DNA of 64,000 nucleotides from an uncultured delta proteobacterium (GCA_963806225.1 CAWDXG010000004.1:192001-256000), one strand, 5' to 3'; counted from the stretch's first letter, positions 43,634-54,725 are shown. Numbers and translations are program-made. Notes: generated from the sequence alone by a model not told the origin.

Positions 43634-44302
43634 TCACTTCAGCGGCGGCGCGGTGTCCTTGGCGCAGTTAACGTAGAGCGGATCCAGCGGCAGGCTATTG
43701 GGATCCGTCACCACCTCGAACGTGTACGGGGAGCCAACCAGGTTGAGTACCGTCGGCTTGGTCACGTTGCCAGTCACCGTACCGCAGTAGAAATCCTGGG
43801 TGCCGCAGATCTGTCCGACCAGCCTGACACCGCTCGCGACGATGTCCTGTCCCGGCTGGATCGGATTGGCAACGCCCGTGACGGTGAACTCCGGAAGCGC
43901 CGTATTGTCGATCACACCGTCGCTGCCGATTCCGATCTCGGGAATGTCGAGCGGTGAGCCGACTTCGGTCTTGCGATCGCTCGCGCTGAGGCTGTGCAGC
44001 GTCATCTTGAGTGCGGTCCCGCCCTGGTTGGCGACCGTCGTCATGTCTGCGAGGAACAACACCGGGGGCTGGAGGGTGCCGATCTTGGCCGACAGCGCGA
44101 AAAGGTACTGCCCGTCGATGTCGCCGGGCTTGGGCGGATCGCAGGGCGTGAAGCCGGCGTCGCTCCCTCCGGCGCCTCCTTCCTGTAGGGCTTTCTGCCG
44201 GTCGATGAAGTCGTTGTACTTGCCCTCGGCGTTGGTGCAGCCCTGGACGAGCAGCGCTAAAACCGGCAGCGCGGCCAGTATCCGGAATTTTCTCGCGAGC
44301 AT
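43634..44302 (-). CDS. Hypothetical lipoprotein
   Basis: Lipobox VQGC; GVANPI, FYCGTVTG. Confidence 0.7.
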   Translation of the reverse strand: MLARKFRILAALPVLALLVQGCTNAEGKYNDFIDRQKALQEGGAGGSDAGFTPCDPPKPGDIDGQYLFALSAKIGTLQPPVLFLADMTTVANQGGTALKMTLHSLSASDRKTEVGSPLDIPEIGIGSDGVIDNTALPEFTVTGVANPIQPGQDIVASGVRLVGQICGTQDFYCGTVTGNVTKPTVLNLVGSPYTFEVVTDPNSLPLDPLYVNCAKDTAPPLK

Positions 44303-44364
44303 GTGCCTCCGAAACGAAGCATGGCCATAGCCGCCGCGCGGTCAAGTGATTAAGACGCTTTGGT

Positions 44365-45706
44365 ATGAGGTGCTCAGCGAGGGTCTTTTCGGGAGGGGTG
44401 GCGTTTGTTTGTGCGGCGGCGCTGTGGTCGAGCCCGGCCGCTGCAACCGGGCTTTCCGTGGCGCGCTTCGGCGGCGAACACGGCTACCCGGTCACGAACA
44501 ACGCCACCGCCATCTACTACAATCCAGCCGGCATCGCGGACAGCAAGGGCACGCACGTGTTCCTGGATCTGACCGCGGCGTGGCGACACGTCAGCTACGT
44601 GCACACGCCCGCCTCGAGCGACGTAGCTGAACCGCCTGGAGCAACGGGCGCGAACACGGACAAGGCCAACCTCTTCAACATCATCCCCTCGCCGATGATC
44701 GGGCTGACGACGAAGCTCGGCGACTTCGCGCTGGGTGCGGGCTTCTACACCCCGTTCGGCGGACAGGCGGTGTGGGACCAGAACAGCCGGTTCAAGAACA
44801 GCAAGAGCTACCCCGGCCCCGTCGACGGCGCGCAGCGCTGGTTCGTGATCGACGGCGAGATCCGCTCCAGCTACTACACGCTGGCCGCGGCCTACCACGT
44901 CCCCGGCACCGGCCTCAGCCTCGGCGTGTCGGGCAATCTCGTGCAATCGACGATCAACATCCTGCGCGCCCGCAACGTCAACGGCGACAACAACACTCTC
45001 GCGGAAGGACGCTCCTGGCTCGACGTGAGCGGCTGGGAAGGCAGCTTCGGTGCGGGCGTACTGTTCGAAGCCGTGCCGGAGAAGCTCTGGTTCGGAGCCT
45101 CGTACCAGTCCAGGCCCGGCGTCTCCGGCGGGATGAAGCTTTCCGGCGACCTGAAGAACGACCTCGGCGGTCAGGTCACCACCTCCCCGGTGAACGCGCA
45201 CCAGGATTTCCCGGACGTGTACCAGCTGGGCGCGCGCTGGCGCGCACGGAAGGACGTTCGAGCTGCGCCTATTCGGCGACTACACGCGCTGGAGCTCGTT
45301 CAAGGACCAGTGCATCTCGCAGAAGGACCAGCCGTGCTCGGGCACCAGCCTGCTCCTCGACATCCCCCGTGACTGGCATGACACCCTCTCCGTGCGCGCG
45401 GGCGGCAGCTTCTGGGTGAGCCCTACGGCGGAGCTCCTGGCGGGGCTCGGCTACTACTCGACCGCCGTACCCGACTCCACGCTGGACCCGTCCATCCCGG
45501 ACTGGCAAGCGGTGTCCTTCACGCTCGGCGGCCGCGTGCGGATCGTCAAGAGCCTGCACACCGAGCTGTCGTATTCGCAGTTCTTCTCGCCGCAGCGCGA
45601 CAACAGCAGCACGAGCACGCTCAACCCGCCGAAGGCTCCGAACGCCGGCGGCGTCTACAAGCAGGATCTCGGCGTCGTGAACCTGAACATCGACATCGCG
45701 TTCTAG
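44365..45706 (+). CDS. FadL/OmpP1-like outer membrane long-chain fatty acid transporter (apparent +1 frameshift at about 45257)
   Basis: Signal peptide, NATAIYYNPAG, YTPFG, terminal F; removing one T in GACGTTCGAG gives KDVELRLFGDYTRWS and joins ORF 44365..45372 to the frame of ORF 45392..45706. Confidence 0.85.
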
Positions 45707-45719
45707 CAGCGCCGGCCGC

Positions 45720-47615
45720 CTACAGCTCCACCTGCGAGCCCAGCTCCATCACGCGCTCGGGCGGGACGTTGAAGAACGCCGTCGCGCGCAGCGCGTTCCG
45801 CGACATGTAGGCGAAGATCTGCTCGCGCCAGCGCGACATGCCGTGCCGCCCCTCGGCCAGCAGCGTCTCGCGACCCATGAAGAACGTCGTGTGCTGGATG
45901 GGCGGCGTGGGCGTGTCGTCGCGCAGGATCAGCGCAACCAGGTCCGGGTCCTCCATGAAGCCATAGTGGGCCACGATACGCACGAATCCCTCCGGCAGCT
46001 CCTCGACCGAGACGCGCTCGGCGTCCTCCACGTGGGACACCTCCTCCGTCACGATCGTCAAGAGCATCACCTGCTCGTGCACGACGCGGTTGTGCTGGAA
46101 GTTGTGCAGCAGCGCGGGGGGCGTGCCGGTGGGGTTGCTGGTCATGAATACGGCCGAGCCGGGCGCGCGGTGGGGCCGCTCGATGCGCATCAGCTCGAAG
46201 AAATCCTCGAGCGGCACGATACGCTCGCGGATCTGCTGCCCCAGCACCTGTCTGCCCTTCTGCCAGGTCGTCATCAAGAGGAACACTCCGCTGGCCACCA
46301 GCAGCGGAAACCAGCCGCCCTGCTCGACCTTGATCAGGTTGGCGCCGAAGAACGCCAGATCGATGACCAGGAAGAAGATCGTAAGCGAGAGCGACGTCCA
46401 GAGCTTCCAGCCCCACACGTGGCGCGCCACGATGTACGCGAGCGCCGTCGTGATCACCATCGTCGTGGTCACCGCGATGCCGTACGCCGCCGCCAGGTTG
46501 GTCGACGACTTGAAGCCGAGCACCAAGCCGATGGTCGCCAGCATCAGCACCCAGTTGATCGACGGCACGTAGATCTGTCCGATCTCCTTGGCGGAAGTGT
46601 GCTGGATCTGCACGCGCGGCCAGAAGCCGAGCATCGTCGCCTGGCGCGTGAGCGAGAACGCGCCGGAAATCACCGCCTGCGACGCGATAATGGTGGCCAT
46701 GGTGGCCATGATCACCAGCGGGTAGAGCGCCCAGCGCGGCGCCATCAGGTAGAACGGGTTCCGGATCGCCTCGGGGTGGTCGAGCAGAAGCGCGCCCTGA
46801 CCGAAGTAGTTCAGGAGCAACGCCGGTAGCACCAGCACGAACCAGGTCAGCCGGATGGGCCGGGCACCGAAGTGTCCCATGTCGGCATAGAGCGCTTCGC
46901 CGCCCGTCGCGACGAGGAACACCGCGCCGAGCACCAGGAAGCCGTTGATGTGGTTGTGCAGCAGGAACAGCGCGCCGTGCAGCGGGCTGAGCGCCAGGAG
47001 CACCTTCGGCTGGTCGACGATGTGCACGATCCCGAGCACGGACAGGAGGATGAACCAGACCAGCGTCACGGGACCGAAGATCGCCCCCACACCTGCGGTC
47101 CCCCGCTTCTGGAACATGAACAGGCCGATCAGGATCACGATCGTGATCGGCGCGATGAAGTGCGAGAAAGCCGGTGTCGCCACTTCCAGACCTTCGGTGG
47201 CGCCCAACACGGAGATGGCCGGCGTGATCATGCCGTCGCCGTACAAGAGCGCGGCGCCGAACAAGCCCAGCAGCACCACGACCCACGTGGAGCGTCGCTT
47301 GCCGCCACGCGAGGTCGCCAGCGCCATCAACGCCAGGATGCCGCCCTCGCCCCGGTTGTCGGCCCGCATCACGTACACGAGGTACTTGATGGAGATCACG
47401 ATGGTGAGCGACCAGAAGATCAGCGACAACACGCCGAGCACGTTCTCGTGCGTCACGGGCACGCCGTGCTCGCCCTTGAAGCACTCGTGAATCGCGTACA
47501 GCGGACTGGTTCCGATGTCGCCGTACACGACACCGAGGGCCGTCATGCACAGCCCCAGCAGGTAGCGGCCGTGAGGCGTGTCGTCGGCGGAGTGGCCGTG
47601 CTGGGGGGAAGACAA
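45720..47615 (-). CDS. kup: Potassium uptake protein Kup
   Basis: GVVYGDIGTSPLY, ADNRGEGG, LYGDGMITPA, EALYADMGHF, AAAYGIAV, YGFME. Confidence 0.97.
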   Translation of the reverse strand: MSSPQHGHSADDTPHGRYLLGLCMTALGVVYGDIGTSPLYAIHECFKGEHGVPVTHENVLGVLSLIFWSLTIVISIKYLVYVMRADNRGEGGILALMALATSRGGKRRSTWVVVLLGLFGAALLYGDGMITPAISVLGATEGLEVATPAFSHFIAPITIVILIGLFMFQKRGTAGVGAIFGPVTLVWFILLSVLGIVHIVDQPKVLLALSPLHGALFLLHNHINGFLVLGAVFLVATGGEALYADMGHFGARPIRLTWFVLVLPALLLNYFGQGALLLDHPEAIRNPFYLMAPRWALYPLVIMATMATIIASQAVISGAFSLTRQATMLGFWPRVQIQHTSAKEIGQIYVPSINWVLMLATIGLVLGFKSSTNLAAAYGIAVTTTMVITTALAYIVARHVWGWKLWTSLSLTIFFLVIDLAFFGANLIKVEQGGWFPLLVASGVFLLMTTWQKGRQVLGQQIRERIVPLEDFFELMRIERPHRAPGSAVFMTSNPTGTPPALLHNFQHNRVVHEQVMLLTIVTEEVSHVEDAERVSVEELPEGFVRIVAHYGFMEDPDLVALILRDDTPTPPIQHTTFFMGRETLLAEGRHGMSRWREQIFAYMSRNALRATAFFNVPPERVMELGSQVEL

Positions 47616-47730
47616 AGCGTCCGTGGTGTAGCGGGAGCCCTGGGGCAGGGCTAGAGCGACGCAAAATACCTAATAGTTCCGGATAGTTCAGTCCCAGCGC
47701 CGCGTCAAGCGCGGCGCCCGGACCGCGCTC

Positions 47731-49278
47731 TCACTCGCAGCTCGAGTTCCAGGCGGGGGCGACCGACTGGTAGGCGCCAAAGGACGCCTTGTGGCCGCCG
47801 GAGCTGTCGACGACTCCGAACGGCGAGACCATGGCGTCGCTCCAGCAGAACCAGAAGACCTCGGGAACCTGCGAGCCGTAGCTGGCCGCCAGGTTGTAGA
47901 CGTTCTTCAGGTACTGCGCCTGGTTCGTCGTGTCGGTCGTCCCTATCTCGGTCAGCCACAGCGGCTTGCCGAACGCTAGGTAGCCCGAGAAGAGCGAGCT
48001 CATGTTGCCGAAGCCCCAGCTCGAGTTGGGCCAGCCATCCGGCGCGCGCTGTCCGTAGGGATGGATGCCCACCGCATCGGCGTACAGACCACCGGCGGCA
48101 GTCTTCGCCTGCGTGAGGTAGTTCGGATTGCCCGACGCGAGCCCACCGACGACGACTGGCGCCGACGACTTGGCGTGCACGGTGGAGCTCGCATCCTTCA
48201 GCATCTTGCCGAACGTGGCGGGCGGCACGTGCGGGTCGTAACCGGCCTGTGCCGCCAGGTCGGGCTCGTTCCAGATCTCCCAGGCGTCGATGCCGCTGCC
48301 GTAGGTGTTGACCAGACTGGAGAGCGCGGAGATGTACTGCGTCTCGTAGCTGCTCCACGCGCTCGAGCTGCCGGACGAGCCAGGGGACGGCGTCGACACG
48401 CTGGCGTAGTCGACCAGCAGCATCACCCGGATGCCACCGGAGCGAAATGCGGCGATCTGGCTCTGCTCTGTGCTGTGGCTCACGCCCTGCTTCCATTCGA
48501 TCCGCACCCAGCGCGCGCCGAGCGCACGCAGCTGGGCCGCGCTCGGGTTTCCGCCTGGATTGTTGGGATCGATGTTCATCGCGAAGCGATTGCGCTTGGC
48601 CTGGTCGGTGCAGTTCCCGACCGGACCACCCCCCGAGCCACCGGAGCCCGAGCTGCCGCCGCTACCGCCGGAGCCCGAGCTGCCTCCGCTGCCGCCCGTG
48701 CCGCTGCCCGGGTTCGACTGGATCTGGCAGGAAGCGACGGGCGTGCCGGCCGTGCCGTTCGCGTCCTTGACGAAGGTGAAGTCGAGCACGCCCGCGCCGT
48801 GCCCCGACACTGTCCAGCTCCACTTGTGCGGCGTGCCGCTCACGCCCTTCCAGCTCGTCTTGGGCGAGCCCGGTCCGGTGACATGCATGTCGACGTAGAC
48901 GTAGCCGGGGCTGTCGGTGAAGCTCGCAGTGAAGGGCACTCCAGCCGTTGCCGGATTCGCGGAGAAGCTGAAGCGCGAATCGCAGGGCAGCGGCGCGCCG
49001 CCACTGCCGCCGGAGCCGCCGGTCGTGCCGCCCGTCCCCCCCGTCGTGCCGCCGGAGCCGCCGGTCGTGCCGCCCGTCCCCCCCGTCGTGCCACCCGCGC
49101 CGGCTGCCGTTCCACCCGTACCCGGAAAGCCGGCGGTGTTCGGCCAACCTGCGGTGCCCAGCCCGCCGGAACCCGTACCTGCGGCGCCACCCGAGCCGCT
49201 GTGGGACGAAGCTCCGCCGGTCCCACAGGCCCAGACCATCGCGCCGGCAAGCAAGACAAGACGAGAACGCATCATCAT
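47731..49278 (-). CDS. Lipoprotein with Gly-rich linkers and clan GH-A glycoside hydrolase domain
   Basis: Lipobox VWAC; WEIWNEPD (acid/base), GIHPY, KPLWLTEIG (nucleophile). Confidence 0.82.
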   Translation of the reverse strand: MMMRSRLVLLAGAMVWACGTGGASSHSGSGGAAGTGSGGLGTAGWPNTAGFPGTGGTAAGAGGTTGGTGGTTGGSGGTTGGTGGTTGGSGGSGGAPLPCDSRFSFSANPATAGVPFTASFTDSPGYVYVDMHVTGPGSPKTSWKGVSGTPHKWSWTVSGHGAGVLDFTFVKDANGTAGTPVASCQIQSNPGSGTGGSGGSSGSGGSGGSSGSGGSGGGPVGNCTDQAKRNRFAMNIDPNNPGGNPSAAQLRALGARWVRIEWKQGVSHSTEQSQIAAFRSGGIRVMLLVDYASVSTPSPGSSGSSSAWSSYETQYISALSSLVNTYGSGIDAWEIWNEPDLAAQAGYDPHVPPATFGKMLKDASSTVHAKSSAPVVVGGLASGNPNYLTQAKTAAGGLYADAVGIHPYGQRAPDGWPNSSWGFGNMSSLFSGYLAFGKPLWLTEIGTTDTTNQAQYLKNVYNLAASYGSQVPEVFWFCWSDAMVSPFGVVDSSGGHKASFGAYQSVAPAWNSSCE

Positions 49279-49459
49279 GATGGCAACAGTCTAGATCACG
49301 GCTCCCGCCGACTCCGCGGATTTCCGCGTAGCGGCACCCGGTGGCGAAACCTGGCCCTGCCCGTGTGGTAACCGCAGCCGACGCCCGGCAGGCACGAATC
49401 CGCATCGCCAAGGACTCGGTCATTTCCCGCATTTTTGCGTGCTAACGTTCATATTTGTA

Positions 49460-50972
49460 GTGGCAGCTCGCAAGCCTCCACCTCTGCCGGCTCGCACCGC
49501 ACGCCCGTCGTCGGGAGCGCGACCGGTCCCTGGCGCCAGCGCGCAGCGCATCGACTTCCATCCCGGTGATCTGATCGGACAGAAGTACAGGCTCGTCCGG
49601 CAGCTGGGCCAAGGCGGCATGGCGGCGGTGTGGGTCGCGCACAACGAAGCGCTCGACATCCACGTCGCGGTGAAGTTCATCCGCAGCGACCTCCGCCACC
49701 CACAGCTTTCGGATCGCCTGCTCCAGGAAGCGCGCGCGGCAGCGCGCATCGGCCACCCCGCGATCGTACGCGTGACCGACTTCGGCAAGACGAAGTCCGG
49801 TCACCCGTTCATCGTGATGGAGCTGCTCGGCGGCGAAGACCTGGGCACGCTACTGGATCGCGATGGGCGTATGGACGCCGTCCAGGCCGTCCGTACGCTG
49901 TTGCCCATCGTCGATGCGCTTGCCGCGGCCCACGACCAGGGGATCGTGCACCGCGACCTCAAGCCGGAGAACATCTTCCTCACGCGCGGGCACGATGGCG
50001 TGATCCGCCCGAAGCTCGTGGACTTCGGCGTCGCAAAATTCGAGCACGAAGATTTCAAGCGGCTGACCGACTTCGGCGTCGCGGTCGGCAGCCCAGGCTA
50101 CATGTCGCCCGAGCAGGCGCGGGGCGGGGACATCGACGGGCGATCGGACGTTCTGGGCACTGTGCGTGGTGCTCTACGAGCTGGTGACGGGCGAGCTGCC
50201 GTTCGACGGCGACAGCTACAACGCCCTTCTGCGCGCCGTGATCGAGCAGGAGCCGCGGCCCATCGTCGAGCTGGCAGCGGGAGACGCAGGTCTGTGGGCG
50301 GTGCTCGAGCGAGGATTCATCAAGTCCCGCGAAGGCCGCTGGCAGAGCATGCGCGATCTCGGCGCCGCACTCGCCGACTGGCTGAGCCAGCGCGGCTATC
50401 CGGACGACATCACCGGCACCTCGCTGCAGGCGTGGCTCCAACGCCGAGCCGGTCAGCACGAGGACCTGCTCGCCGCGCCGCCGCCGTCCGGTACGCCGTC
50501 GCTGGTGCGCCTGTCGAAGGATCTGGAGACGCTGCGACCGGCAGCCGGCGACCCGCCTCCCGTCTCGTCGCCGGCCGCCTCCACATCGGAAGACGCCGAC
50601 CCGCCCCGTGTCGGCGCACCCCGGCGCGCGCTGTCGCCGATATCCACCGTCGCGATTGCGGCGCTCGTCGGATGCGTCCTGGCGGTCGGCGCCTTCGCCT
50701 GGTCGAGCCGCGAGCCGCAGCAGGCCGCCACGCCTCCGGCCTCGGCGACGGCAGCGCCTGCCGCCGCGACGCCGAGCGCTGGAGCGCCCCAGGCCGGGAG
50801 TGCGTCAGCGCCGCGCCCGGTCCCCTCCCCGCCCGCCCAGGCCCAGGACAGCGCTGCTCCGGAAGCTGGGCCGGCAACCTCGGCGTCCGCTCGTCCGTCG
50901 TCGCGTCCACGCCGGCACCACGCACCGCGTCGCAGCAAGTCGCACAGTCTCGACATCAAGACGACCCTCTAG
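49460..50972 (+). CDS. Membrane Ser/Thr protein kinase (apparent +1 frameshift at about 50151)
   Basis: LGQGGMA, VAVK, HRDLKPEN, DFG, GSPGYMSPE; removing one T in GACGTTCTGG gives RSDVWALCVVLYEL and joins ORF 50166..50972 (TM + Pro/Ala tail). Confidence 0.88.
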
Positions 50973-50987
50973 CCTGCTTTTCTGCGC

Positions 50988-51989
50988 ATGAAACTGCTTG
51001 CCACTTTCGCCACCGTCACAGCCTGTGCGCTGCTCGCCCCCGCAGCAGTCGCCGGACCAAGCGCTTCCCACGCCGCTGCGCCACAAGACGACTCGAGTGC
51101 CGCGAAGGCCCGCGCGGAGGTGTTCTTCAAGAACGGGATCAAGGCCTACCGCCACCATCACTACAAGGACGCGATCGACGCGTTCCTGCAGGCGCAACAC
51201 ATCTATCCCAGCCCGACGCTATCGTTCAACACGGCACGCGCGTACGAAAAGCTGCACGACAGCGCTGGCGCACTCCGCTTCTACCGGGCGTACCTGCGCC
51301 AGGCGCCGGACGCCTCCGACGAGAAGCTCGTCCACCAACGCATCGAGAAGCTCGAGGCGACGCTCCACAAGAAGGGCGTCCAGCAGCTCACGGTCCTGTC
51401 CGAACCCGACGGCGCCACGGTGCTCATCGACGATCGCCCCGTGGGGGTGACGCCGTGGACGGGGGAGATCTACCCCGGGCGACATCATCTGCGCCTGCGC
51501 CGTGAGGGTTACCAGGACGCCGAGCGGGACTTCGAGCTGCCGGATCTCCGCGCCATCGACGTGGACGCAACGCTCGATCGCGCACCGCCCCCTGCTCCGT
51601 CCCCCGCCGCGACGCCGCCGGCCGCGACGCACCCGCCGCGACGCGACGAAGCGCCGCATCACGGCGTGCGGCTGCCGACGTGGATCGCGTTCGGTACCGG
51701 AGCCGCAGCCCTGGGCGGCGCGGCCGTATTCGAGGGGCTGAGACGCGGCTCGGAGGGCTCGGTGAAGAGCGAACCCACGCAGGTCGCGCGCGCTTCGGCC
51801 TACGACCAGATGAAGAGCCGCCAGACCACGGCACGCATCCTGGCCGTCGCCGGCGGCGCCGCCCTGGTGGTCGGGGGCGTGCTGCTGTACGTCGATCTGT
51901 CGAGCAGCAGCAGCAGCGAGAAGTCGGCGCGACTAGCCCTCGGCTGCGCGCCGGGCGGCTGCAACGCCAACCTCGGAGGCAGCTGGTGA
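50988..51989 (+). CDS. TPR + PEGA domain membrane protein
   Basis: Signal peptide, TPR-like helices, LTVLSEPDGATVLIDDRPVGVTP...GRHHLRLRREGY (PEGA), two C-terminal TM segments. Confidence 0.88.
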   Translation: MKLLATFATVTACALLAPAAVAGPSASHAAAPQDDSSAAKARAEVFFKNGIKAYRHHHYKDAIDAFLQAQHIYPSPTLSFNTARAYEKLHDSAGALRFYRAYLRQAPDASDEKLVHQRIEKLEATLHKKGVQQLTVLSEPDGATVLIDDRPVGVTPWTGEIYPGRHHLRLRREGYQDAERDFELPDLRAIDVDATLDRAPPPAPSPAATPPAATHPPRRDEAPHHGVRLPTWIAFGTGAAALGGAAVFEGLRRGSEGSVKSEPTQVARASAYDQMKSRQTTARILAVAGGAALVVGGVLLYVDLSSSSSSEKSARLALGCAPGGCNANLGGSW

Positions 51990-54697
51990 GCGGGCAGAAT
52001 CGCCGGTACCCGGCGCTCGCCGCGCTGCTCTGGGGCTTGATCGCGCTGGCCGGCGTTCCGTTCGGTTGCGCTGCACCGGATCTGTCGTCCTACCTCGACC
52101 ACGGCAAGTGCGGACCGCACGGCGAGTGCAGTCCCGGTTTCGTGTGCGACCCGGCGGACAACCAGTGCGTGCGCGCCGGATCGCTCGACGGCGGCAACCC
52201 CCTGGACGGCGGCAGCGACGCGCACGGGGACGGCCCCGTCGCGTGCAGCGAAGGGCAGACCGTTTGCGGCGGCCAGTGCGTCGACCTCAAGACCGACCCG
52301 GGCAACTGCGACGGCTGCGGCGCGGCGTGCACCGCACCGACCGGCGGCACGCCGATCTGCTACAGCGGCCGCTGCGATTTCCTGTGCGGCAACCTCGAGC
52401 GCTGCGGCCCCCAGTGCGCCAACGTCCAGACCGATCCGGGCAATTGCGGCGGCTGCGGCGTCACGTGCCCAGCCGTGATCAACGGCGCCCCGGCGTGCAA
52501 GGCGGGCCAGTGCGACAGCACCTGCAACGCCGGCTACACGAGCTGTGGGAACACGTGCGTCGATACCGGCAGCGATCCCACTCACTGCGGCGCCTGCGCG
52601 AGCGCCTGCGCTTCCAGCCAGGTCTGCGATCTGGGCAAGTGCGCCGCGAGCTGTTCCGGATCCCGCACCAACTGCAGCGGCGCCTGCGTCGACACCAACA
52701 CGAGCACGAACCACTGCGGCGGCTGCGGCACAACCTGCCTGGTCCCCGCCCACGGGCACGCCGTGTGCGCGTCGGGCAAGTGCGATTCCAGCTGCGACGC
52801 GGGCTACGCGAAGTGCGGCAACTCGTGCGTGGACACCTCGTCCGATCCGGACAACTGCGGCGCCTGCGGCACCGTCTGCGACTCCCCTGCCAACGGGACG
52901 CCCACCTGCTCCGCCGGCAGCTGCGGTCTGTCGTGCGATCCCGGCTACGCCAAGTGTGGCAACGCCTGCGTCGACACCAAGTCCAGTCCGGGCAATTGCG
53001 GCGGTTGCGGCGTCCAGTGCCCCACCGGGCAGGTCTGCAATGCCGGTCAGTGCTCGTCGTCGTGTGCCGGCGGTACGACGAAATGCGCTTCGGCCTGCGT
53101 GGACACCAGCGCCGATCCGGCCAACTGCGGCGGCTGCGGCTCGACATGCTCGGTACCCCCGAATGGCCAGGCCGCCTGCGCCGCCGGCACCTGCGGCGTC
53201 AGCTGCGATAGTGGCTACACGGACTGCGGGGGAAGCTGCGTCAGCACGTCCAACGACCCCGACGACTGTGGCGGCTGCGGCCACGTCTGTCCCGTGCCTC
53301 CGAACGGAAACGCCACCTGCGCGGGCGGCAGCTGCGGTGTCGCCTGCAGCGGGGGGTACACGAGCTGCAACAGCAACTGCGTGGATCTGCGGAGCGACCC
53401 GACCAACTGTGGCACCTGCGGCAAGACCTGTGCGCAGAACCAGGTCTGCTCCAACGGCACGTGCGTGATCTCGTGTCAGAAACCGCTGACCAATTGCAGC
53501 GGGCAGTGCGTCGACATGCAGTCCAATCCCGCGCACTGCGGCGGATGCGGTACGGCGTGCACCGCTCCCGCGCATGCCTCGCCCGTCTGCTCGACAGGAA
53601 CGTGCGACTTCGTCTGCAAAGCCGGCTACTCGCGCTGTGGCAACCAGTGCGTCCCGACCTCGAGCGATCCCGCCAACTGCGGCAGCTGCGGCAATGCCTG
53701 TCCGACGGTCAAGAGCGGGTCGGCAACCTGCGCCAACGGCCAGTGCGGCATCCAGTGCAATGCCGGACTCTCGAAGTGCGCGAGCCAGTGCGTCGACACC
53801 AACACCAGCAACAGCAACTGCGGAAGCTGCGGAGCTGCCTGCGGAACGAACCAGGTGTGTTCCGGCGGCCAGTGCATCACACAATGTCCCACCGGGCAGA
53901 CCGATTGCGGCGGCCAGTGCGTCGACACGGCCACGGATCCGAATCACTGCGGCTCCTGCAGCCAGGCCTGCCCGACGCGCGCCAACGCGTCGCGGACGTG
54001 CAATAGCTCCCAGTGCGGCTACCAGTGCCACGCCAATTTCAGCGACTGCGACGGCGTGGCAAGCAACGGCTGCGAGGTCGACACCGCGACCAGCGCGAGC
54101 AACTGCGGTTCGTGCGGGCACCAGTGCGCACTTACAGAGGCCTGCGTGAGCGGGCAGTGCGCCTGCGGACCGGGCACCATGACCTGCGGCGGCAGTCGCT
54201 GCATCGACCTGCAGAACGACCCCCGCCACTGCGGCAACTGCAGCACGCAGTGCCATTCGGACCAGATCTGCAACGGCGGCTCCTGCATCTGCCGACCGGG
54301 GCTCAAGAACTGCAACGGCCAGTGCGTCGATACCAACGGCGACGCCTACCATTGCGGCAGCTGCGGCAATGCCTGTTCCTCGGGACAGAAGTGCCAGAAC
54401 GGGAGCTGCTCGAGCGGATCGTCGTGTTCAGGTGGCCTGCACGCCTGCACCAACAACAACCGCACCTCCTGCGTGAACACGCAGACCAGCAACCTGGACT
54501 GTGGTGGCTGCGGCAACACATGCTGGCGCGACAGGATCTGCGTCGCGGGCAACTGCCGGGACTACGCGCCCGCGGTGGGCTGTACGACCTGTCCCTGCAC
54601 CGCCGTCTGCAATCTGGTCGTCGACACCTCGAACGCCGCCTGCTGCAGCAGCGGCAGTGCGCCGATCTGCATCGACAGCAACGGCGTGTGCCCGTAG
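51986..54697 (+). CDS. Cys-rich repeat lipoprotein (myxobacterial CVD..DP.NCG.CG..C repeats)
   Basis: GTGA overlap with the PEGA gene, lipobox PFGC, 17 counted xCGxCxxxC modules. Confidence 0.85.
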   Translation: MSGQNRRYPALAALLWGLIALAGVPFGCAAPDLSSYLDHGKCGPHGECSPGFVCDPADNQCVRAGSLDGGNPLDGGSDAHGDGPVACSEGQTVCGGQCVDLKTDPGNCDGCGAACTAPTGGTPICYSGRCDFLCGNLERCGPQCANVQTDPGNCGGCGVTCPAVINGAPACKAGQCDSTCNAGYTSCGNTCVDTGSDPTHCGACASACASSQVCDLGKCAASCSGSRTNCSGACVDTNTSTNHCGGCGTTCLVPAHGHAVCASGKCDSSCDAGYAKCGNSCVDTSSDPDNCGACGTVCDSPANGTPTCSAGSCGLSCDPGYAKCGNACVDTKSSPGNCGGCGVQCPTGQVCNAGQCSSSCAGGTTKCASACVDTSADPANCGGCGSTCSVPPNGQAACAAGTCGVSCDSGYTDCGGSCVSTSNDPDDCGGCGHVCPVPPNGNATCAGGSCGVACSGGYTSCNSNCVDLRSDPTNCGTCGKTCAQNQVCSNGTCVISCQKPLTNCSGQCVDMQSNPAHCGGCGTACTAPAHASPVCSTGTCDFVCKAGYSRCGNQCVPTSSDPANCGSCGNACPTVKSGSATCANGQCGIQCNAGLSKCASQCVDTNTSNSNCGSCGAACGTNQVCSGGQCITQCPTGQTDCGGQCVDTATDPNHCGSCSQACPTRANASRTCNSSQCGYQCHANFSDCDGVASNGCEVDTATSASNCGSCGHQCALTEACVSGQCACGPGTMTCGGSRCIDLQNDPRHCGNCSTQCHSDQICNGGSCICRPGLKNCNGQCVDTNGDAYHCGSCGNACSSGQKCQNGSCSSGSSCSGGLHACTNNNRTSCVNTQTSNLDCGGCGNTCWRDRICVAGNCRDYAPAVGCTTCPCTAVCNLVVDTSNAACCSSGSAPICIDSNGVCP

Positions 54698-54725
54698 GCC
54701 CCGGCGCGGCGCCGGACAACCCCGG

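Noticed and set aside
45251..45262. Programmed ribosomal frameshifting in fadL, the kinase or uvrA
   Set aside because: No slippery run or evident stimulator; each is a single duplicated base, typical of consensus error.
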